Under the pieces are notes generated by a model, which did no database searches, had not been told where the DNA came from, and worked only from the letters and a program-made list of their open reading frames with translations. The position numbers were made by a program, and so were the translations under genes. A stretch of 64,000 nt of DNA from Nitrospinales bacterium (GTDB lineage Bacteria; Nitrospinota; Nitrospinia; Nitrospinales; JAJDAT01): NCBI GenBank assembly GCA_046757665.1, contig JBHHYO010000002.1, forward strand, positions 43,129-107,128, given 5' to 3'. This document shows positions 58,575 through 64,000 of this stretch, piece after piece (position 1 is the stretch's first letter; every line of letters starts with the position of its first letter).

Positions 58575-61500
58575 ATGGCAGAATATTTTGAAGTTGCAAT
58601 AATCGGCGCGGGCCCCGGAGGATTGAGCGCCGCGGCCAATGCCGCCCATCACAACCTCTCCCACGTTCTCTTTGAAAAGGGCGAGATCGCCAACACCATC
58701 CATGAATATCAGTTGCGCAAACACGTCATGGCGGAGCCGGCAAAACTCCCTTTGCGCTCACACATAAAATTTGAACCGGGAACTCGGGAGGAGACCTTGC
58801 AGTCCTGGATCAGGACTGTTCACGAAGCCAACATCAATGTCCGGCAACAAACAGCGGTTTCCAGAATTGAAAAAACAGAGGCAGGTTTTAAAGTATTTTT
58901 TGGCAACAAGCATATCACCTGCAAAACAATCATTCTGGCGATTGGAGCGATGGGAACCCCGCGGCGACTGGAGGCGCCAGGGAGCGATTTGCCTCATGTC
59001 ACTTACCGATTGGCCGATCCGGGCGCGTTTGAGGATGAAGATATCATTGTGGTCGGCGCCGGCGACGCCGCCATCGAAAATGCCCTGGCGCTGGCCGATA
59101 AAAACCGCGTCTCCATCATCAACCGGAAGGGCGAGTTCGCCCGCGCCAAGGACGCCAACGCGGCCTTGATCAAGAAAGCCATCGACACGGGAAAAGTGTG
59201 TTGTTATTACAACTCCACGGCCGCCAGAATCGAACCCAAACAAATCGTCATCAATACTCCCGACGGTGAAGTCGTTTCAAACTGTACGCACTTGATCGCC
59301 CGCCTGGGCGGCATCATGCCGCGAAAGTTTCTGGAGGAATGCGGCATCGAGTTTCCGTCTCCCAACCCCACCGCCGTACCGGTCGTGGATAGCCGGTACG
59401 AGTCCAATGTCAAGGGCCTCTACCTGGTTGGATCCCTCATTGGCTATCCCCTGATCAAGCAGGCGATCAACCAGGGTTATGAAGTCATCGAACATATCCT
59501 GGGAAACCCCATCGAACCCTCGGACCAGGTCTTGATCGAGGAAAAACTCAATTGCCTGCCCGGCACGGTCAACGAAAATCTGGAGATGATCCGGAACAGC
59601 CTGCCCCTGTTCCGCGAATTAAGCGACCCTCAGTTCCGCGAGCTTGTCTCGGAATCGACCGTTCATGTCAAAAAACAGGGAGACCTCATTTTCCAGAGGA
59701 ACGATTATACCGACACTTTTTTCAGCATTATCTCGGGAAGCGTCAAAATCGAACTGCCGGACCATAAATTTAAGGAAATAGAGACGGGCAACTTCTTTGG
59801 AGAAGCGGGTTTGTTGTCGGGCCGCCGGAGGGCCGCGACCATTCGCATGTACCAGCCGGGCCTGCTCCTTGAGACGCCGCGCAAACAAATGCTCAAGCTC
59901 ATCAGTTCGGTGGAATCGGTCAAGCGGGACCTGGATGAAATTTCCATGTTCCGGGCAACCCAAACCGGCCTCTTCCCCTATGTGACCTTGCAAATCCTGA
60001 AAGATATCATCTCCACGGCTTCCTTGAAGCAGTACCAAAAGGGGCAACCCCTGTTCAGGGAAGGAGATGAGGCCAATACGTTCTTTGTGATCCGCAAGGG
60101 GTCGGTAAAAATTTCCCGCCTTATCAATGATGTCGATGTGACCCAATCCTACTTGCCGGCGGGACATTATGTCGGCGAAATGGCAATCCTCAATCCCGAC
60201 CCGACGCCGTGCCGTGAAACAGCTACCGCGGCGGTTGCCTGTGAAACCATTGTGATCAACAAATCCGATTTTTTGGAATCGCTGGAGGATAACCCCATTG
60301 CGGCTGAAAAGATCCGCAAAACCGCCAAGGCGCGCCTGATCGAAGATCGCGCCATCGGAGGGCAAAGGTTATCGGGAGAACTCTTGGATTTCATGATCGG
60401 CAAAGGTTTGTCCGACGCGGACAACGTCTTGCTCATCGACTCCAACCGCTGTGTGGGATGCGACAACTGCGAACAGGCCTGCGCCGCCACGCATGATGGT
60501 TTCAGCCGCCTGGACCGCAAAGGCGGAGAAAGTTTTGCGTCCATTCAAATTCCCATTTCCTGCCGGCATTGCGAAAACCCCTTGTGCATGATCGACTGTC
60601 CACCCGACGCCCTGGCCCGCCAGCCCAACGGAGAAATCACCATAAAAGATTCCTGCATCGGTTGCGGCAACTGCGAGAAGAACTGTCCTTACGACGTCAT
60701 CCAGATGGTTTACGAACCCCTTAAAAAGGAAAAGTTTTCGTTTCTTACTTCCTTTTTCAAGCCAAAGGCGACCGGCGAAAATGCTGTTCAAAAGGCGGCG
60801 AAATGTGACTTGTGCACCGGCCTGGAGGGCGGCCCGGCCTGCGTCCGGTCCTGCCCCACCGGCGCCGCCATGCGCGTAAATCCCGCTGAAATGCTCGAAT
60901 TGACGGAACAGGAAGCATCCAAGGAAAACATTCTCAACTATAAACACTACCGCTGGTTCTGGCTCAACCTTTCAGGCCTTGCCTTGTTGATCCTGTTTTA
61001 TTTTGTCGATGACCCGGTTGGCGGCAAGGGAGGGAATACCTTGCTGGGGTACATTTATGGAGGTTTGGCCACCCTCGGAATCATTACATTGATGGGGTTT
61101 GGCATCAGGAAACGCTCCTACTCTTCTACCAAAGGAACCGTGACGGGCTGGCTGTCGGCGCATATCTGGATCGGTTTATCCCTGTTACTGATCGTTCCCA
61201 TGCACAGCGGTTTTCAATTCAATCTTAATGTCCATACGCTGGCTTATGGCCTCCTGGTCGCCACGATTGCCAGCGGCATCTGGGGCGCTCACAATTACGT
61301 TCGCTTCCCGCCCCAGATCCCTTCCCACCGGGGAGATGATAAAACCACGGACCTCGCGGACCAAATCATGGAGATTTCGTTGGACCTGGCAAGATTGGAA
61401 CAAAACCAAAGCGATCAATTTCTCAAGTTGATCGACTTAATAGACTTTCCGTTTAAGCCCCGTCTTCAAAGGCTGATAATTTTTAAAACCCGATCAAAAT

Positions 61501-61736
61501 CTTCAAAGGAAAAAAAGCTTAAGAGTCTCATTGCCGACCTGCCTGAAGTGGAGAGGGACAAGGCGCTCAAGGCCGTGAGCCTTGTCAGCAAAAAAAGAGA
61601 ACTGATGGGCAAGCTACAACAGGATATCAGCGTTAACTTCTGGATGAAAGTCTGGCTTTATTTCCATCTGCCCCTGTCGTTTGCCCTTATTCTTGCAGTC
61701 ACCATACACATTTTTTTGGTTTTTTATTACTGGTAA
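58575..61736 (+). CDS. Multidomain oxidoreductase: TrxB/YpdA-like FAD/NAD(P)H domain + 2 cNMP-binding domains + 4x[4Fe-4S] + His-containing membrane domain
   Basis: GAGPGG, GAGDAA, FFGEAGL...RAAT and YVGEMA. Four Cys clusters of DmsB/HydN type. TM helices carry WLSAH, MHSG, NVH, FHLP and IH. Confidence 0.88.
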   Translation: MAEYFEVAIIGAGPGGLSAAANAAHHNLSHVLFEKGEIANTIHEYQLRKHVMAEPAKLPLRSHIKFEPGTREETLQSWIRTVHEANINVRQQTAVSRIEKTEAGFKVFFGNKHITCKTIILAIGAMGTPRRLEAPGSDLPHVTYRLADPGAFEDEDIIVVGAGDAAIENALALADKNRVSIINRKGEFARAKDANAALIKKAIDTGKVCCYYNSTAARIEPKQIVINTPDGEVVSNCTHLIARLGGIMPRKFLEECGIEFPSPNPTAVPVVDSRYESNVKGLYLVGSLIGYPLIKQAINQGYEVIEHILGNPIEPSDQVLIEEKLNCLPGTVNENLEMIRNSLPLFRELSDPQFRELVSESTVHVKKQGDLIFQRNDYTDTFFSIISGSVKIELPDHKFKEIETGNFFGEAGLLSGRRRAATIRMYQPGLLLETPRKQMLKLISSVESVKRDLDEISMFRATQTGLFPYVTLQILKDIISTASLKQYQKGQPLFREGDEANTFFVIRKGSVKISRLINDVDVTQSYLPAGHYVGEMAILNPDPTPCRETATAAVACETIVINKSDFLESLEDNPIAAEKIRKTAKARLIEDRAIGGQRLSGELLDFMIGKGLSDADNVLLIDSNRCVGCDNCEQACAATHDGFSRLDRKGGESFASIQIPISCRHCENPLCMIDCPPDALARQPNGEITIKDSCIGCGNCEKNCPYDVIQMVYEPLKKEKFSFLTSFFKPKATGENAVQKAAKCDLCTGLEGGPACVRSCPTGAAMRVNPAEMLELTEQEASKENILNYKHYRWFWLNLSGLALLILFYFVDDPVGGKGGNTLLGYIYGGLATLGIITLMGFGIRKRSYSSTKGTVTGWLSAHIWIGLSLLLIVPMHSGFQFNLNVHTLAYGLLVATIASGIWGAHNYVRFPPQIPSHRGDDKTTDLADQIMEISLDLARLEQNQSDQFLKLIDLIDFPFKPRLQRLIIFKTRSKSSKEKKLKSLIADLPEVERDKALKAVSLVSKKRELMGKLQQDISVNFWMKVWLYFHLPLSFALILAVTIHIFLVFYYW

Positions 61737-61763
61737 AAGTTTCTGGAAATAAAAAAACCCGCC

Positions 61764-64000
61764 ATGAAAATCAAACACGTTGTCGAAACCATAAGCCCGG
61801 ATGGCCACCGCCAGTCCTTCACCAAGGAATTTGACAAAGAGAAGATCATTATCGGGCGCGGCAGTGCCTCGGATATTTTATTTACCAGCCGCCTCGTTTC
61901 CTTCAGACATGCCCGGTTGACGCTTGCCGAAGGCAAGCTTTTGGTCGAGGACCTTGGCTCCACTAGCGGGATCAGCATTAACGACCACGTTGAAACGAGG
62001 GCTTTCCTCAAACCTGATGACATCCTGAAAATCGGCGATGTGTTTCTAAAGGTGGTTTTTGAGAATGAGGTCTGGTCGCTTCTCGAAACCCGCCTGGAAA
62101 GCGATGCCGAAGACAAAAAAATCCGGGACGCAACCACTCCCGACAAACTGGATTTAACCAACCGCCTGCCCTCCTACGCGGGAATTTCCCTGGCCTTGGT
62201 CAGCCTCATCCTGTTGCTTTTTCTGGCCGCTCCGTTAATCAGCGGCAACGAAGTCATCTGGAACAGCGGGCCTATTTCCAGGGCGCACAAGTTTCTTGAA
62301 AAGGATTGCAAGACTTGCCATCAAAACGGATTTGAAAGGGTTAAAGACGAAGCCTGCGAGACTTGCCATGCCATGGGCAACCATTCCAAAATCCTGGTGC
62401 AAAATCCGCGGTTCAACGAGAAATGCGCCACCTGTCACCGGGAACATGCCTCCCATGCGAGATTGATTGCAAACAGCCCCAAGGTCTGCGTAAACTGCCA
62501 CGCCGGCATCCGGGATATCCATCCGGAATCAAAATCTCCTTCCATAACCGGATTCAACCAAACACACCCGGAATTCGCCCTGATCCGGCAAGGCCGCGCC
62601 GACCGCGCCAACATCAAACTAAACCACAACTTCCACCTCACCAAGGTGGAAGTGGCAGAACCCGTCACCAGGAAAAAGCGGCGCATGAAATGTGAGGACT
62701 GCCATGCTCTCGATCCGTCCGGGGCCTATATGAAACCCATCACCTTCAATGAAGTCTGTTGGAGGTGTCATGAGTTAAGCGTTGGGCTGACCGCCCTCGA
62801 CTTGCAGGCTCCGCATGTTATCCCCGCCTCGGTGAGAGCTTTTCTTGCGACGCCCGATGATTTTCTACTCGAATATATCAATAACGGCGACTCAACAGGC
62901 AATCCAAAGGCTCCCCCAATAAGAAAGGAAAGGACCGAGCCGCCTCAAAAAACCAGAGCACAATGGCTCCAGACCTATATGGAAAAAATCAAAAAGCAGG
63001 AAGGATTGAATGCAAGAGAAAGCAACATATTTTTTTTAAACAGGGACGCCTGCGTCCGCTGCCATTTTCTCGATGTCGAACCGGTTGCAGGTGTGAACCC
63101 CAACTCCTCCCTGACCGCATTCAGCCTGTGGGATCACGACGTCAGAATATGGGATATCGCGTCCGGCAAGGACAAGGCGTTGCTCAAGGGACATAAGGAT
63201 GTTGTGAATGCCGTCCAGTTCAGCCCGGACGGCAACCGGCTGGTCACCGCCTCCAGGGATTTTACCGCCAGAGTCTGGAACCTCGCCGACCTGGAAAAAC
63301 CTCCGCTGGTACTCCAGAAGCATACCAGGTCGGTGAACAGCGCGGTCTTCAATTCCGCTCAGGACAAAATCATAACCGCTTCCAGCGACAAAACCGCCAT
63401 CCTATGGGATGTCGCTTCCCAAAAGGCAATTCACACCCTGGAGAAACATAACAGTCCCGTCCTGAAAGCTCTTTTCAACAAGGATGCAACCCGGATGGCA
63501 ACCCTGGCGGCCGATTACACCGCCATGATTTGGGACGCGGAAACCGGCAAGGTTCTTGCCGACAACCTCAAACCCGAGTCCCAGGATATTATGGACGTGG
63601 TTTTCAGTCCGGACGGCGGCAGGCTGGTCGGAGCGCTTTCCGACGGTTCCATCAAGGTGTGGAGCGCCGTGGATGGAAAAGAATTGCAAACCCTCCCCAG
63701 GGGGCAAGGGCCGCGGGATTTCGTCTCCGGGCACAGCAAGGAAGTAACCGCTATCACGTTCAGCCCGGACGGCTCGAAACTGCTTTCCATCTCCAAGGAT
63801 CAATCGGTGAAGATTTGGCACCTGAGCCAGGCCGTTGTCCAGACCACCCTGGTGGTTTATGATCCCCCCGAAAAGGACGAGGACAAAAAAATCGCGCCTC
63901 AGCGGTTTCTCACCGCGGCGTTCAACCCTGACGGGTCAAAGGTGGTTACCGGCTCCACCGACAAACTGGTTCGGCTGTGGGATGCGGAATCCGGCAGGAT
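61764..64000 (+). CDS. FHA domain + TM + multiheme cytochrome c (at least 7 CXXCH) + WD40 propeller; 3' end outside the window and absent from the ORF track
   Basis: Manual translation from ATG 61764 is open to the window end. It gives IIIGRG...VSFRHA...VEDLGSTSG, a TM helix, CKTCH, CETCH, CATCH, CVNCH, CEDCH, CWRCH, CVRCH, then WD repeats (VRIWD, ARVWN, AILWD, AMIWD, IKVWS, VKIWH, VRLWD). Confidence 0.9.
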   Translation, partial: MKIKHVVETISPDGHRQSFTKEFDKEKIIIGRGSASDILFTSRLVSFRHARLTLAEGKLLVEDLGSTSGISINDHVETRAFLKPDDILKIGDVFLKVVFENEVWSLLETRLESDAEDKKIRDATTPDKLDLTNRLPSYAGISLALVSLILLLFLAAPLISGNEVIWNSGPISRAHKFLEKDCKTCHQNGFERVKDEACETCHAMGNHSKILVQNPRFNEKCATCHREHASHARLIANSPKVCVNCHAGIRDIHPESKSPSITGFNQTHPEFALIRQGRADRANIKLNHNFHLTKVEVAEPVTRKKRRMKCEDCHALDPSGAYMKPITFNEVCWRCHELSVGLTALDLQAPHVIPASVRAFLATPDDFLLEYINNGDSTGNPKAPPIRKERTEPPQKTRAQWLQTYMEKIKKQEGLNARESNIFFLNRDACVRCHFLDVEPVAGVNPNSSLTAFSLWDHDVRIWDIASGKDKALLKGHKDVVNAVQFSPDGNRLVTASRDFTARVWNLADLEKPPLVLQKHTRSVNSAVFNSAQDKIITASSDKTAILWDVASQKAIHTLEKHNSPVLKALFNKDATRMATLAADYTAMIWDAETGKVLADNLKPESQDIMDVVFSPDGGRLVGALSDGSIKVWSAVDGKELQTLPRGQGPRDFVSGHSKEVTAITFSPDGSKLLSISKDQSVKIWHLSQAVVQTTLVVYDPPEKDEDKKIAPQRFLTAAFNPDGSKVVTGSTDKLVRLWDAESGR

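Overview
A GC-rich, gene-dense bacterial chromosome segment of a diderm. The gene content suggests a Nitrospinota/deltaproteobacteria-like lineage, but this is inference only. From left to right: the 3' end of an acetoacetate-CoA ligase; a fatty-acid hydroxylase converging on a translationally coupled five-gene operon (Spt-like, bCerS-like GNAT, CerR-like reductase, CDP-alcohol phosphotransferase, MMPL) that looks like a complete sphingolipid/ceramide pathway with a headgroup enzyme and an exporter; a candidate sRNA; an aldolase/SDR fusion; an intergenic hot spot of palindromic repeats; SGNH, TPR and GT-C genes; purSQLF; a type II secretion operon with an SH3-bearing lipoprotein secretin and Pro-rich 'ISG' tails; a cysK-thrC-sulfur carrier-moeB-cysM-ferredoxin cluster; a TetR-MMPL-LolA-like-peroxiredoxin-like-outer membrane protein operon; a YhaO/YhaN (Mre11/Rad50-like) pair; a K+ channel/lipoprotein/DUF350/aminopropyltransferase module; tRNA-Arg(CCT); a two-component locus; and a putative trans-membrane redox system. 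That last system consists of a FAD-2xcNMP-4x[4Fe-4S]-membrane fusion protein and an FHA-TM-7xCXXCH-WD40 protein that is absent from the ORF track because it runs off the window. A ~170 bp MITE-like repeat occurs five times. No CRISPR, rRNA, transposase or integrase was seen.
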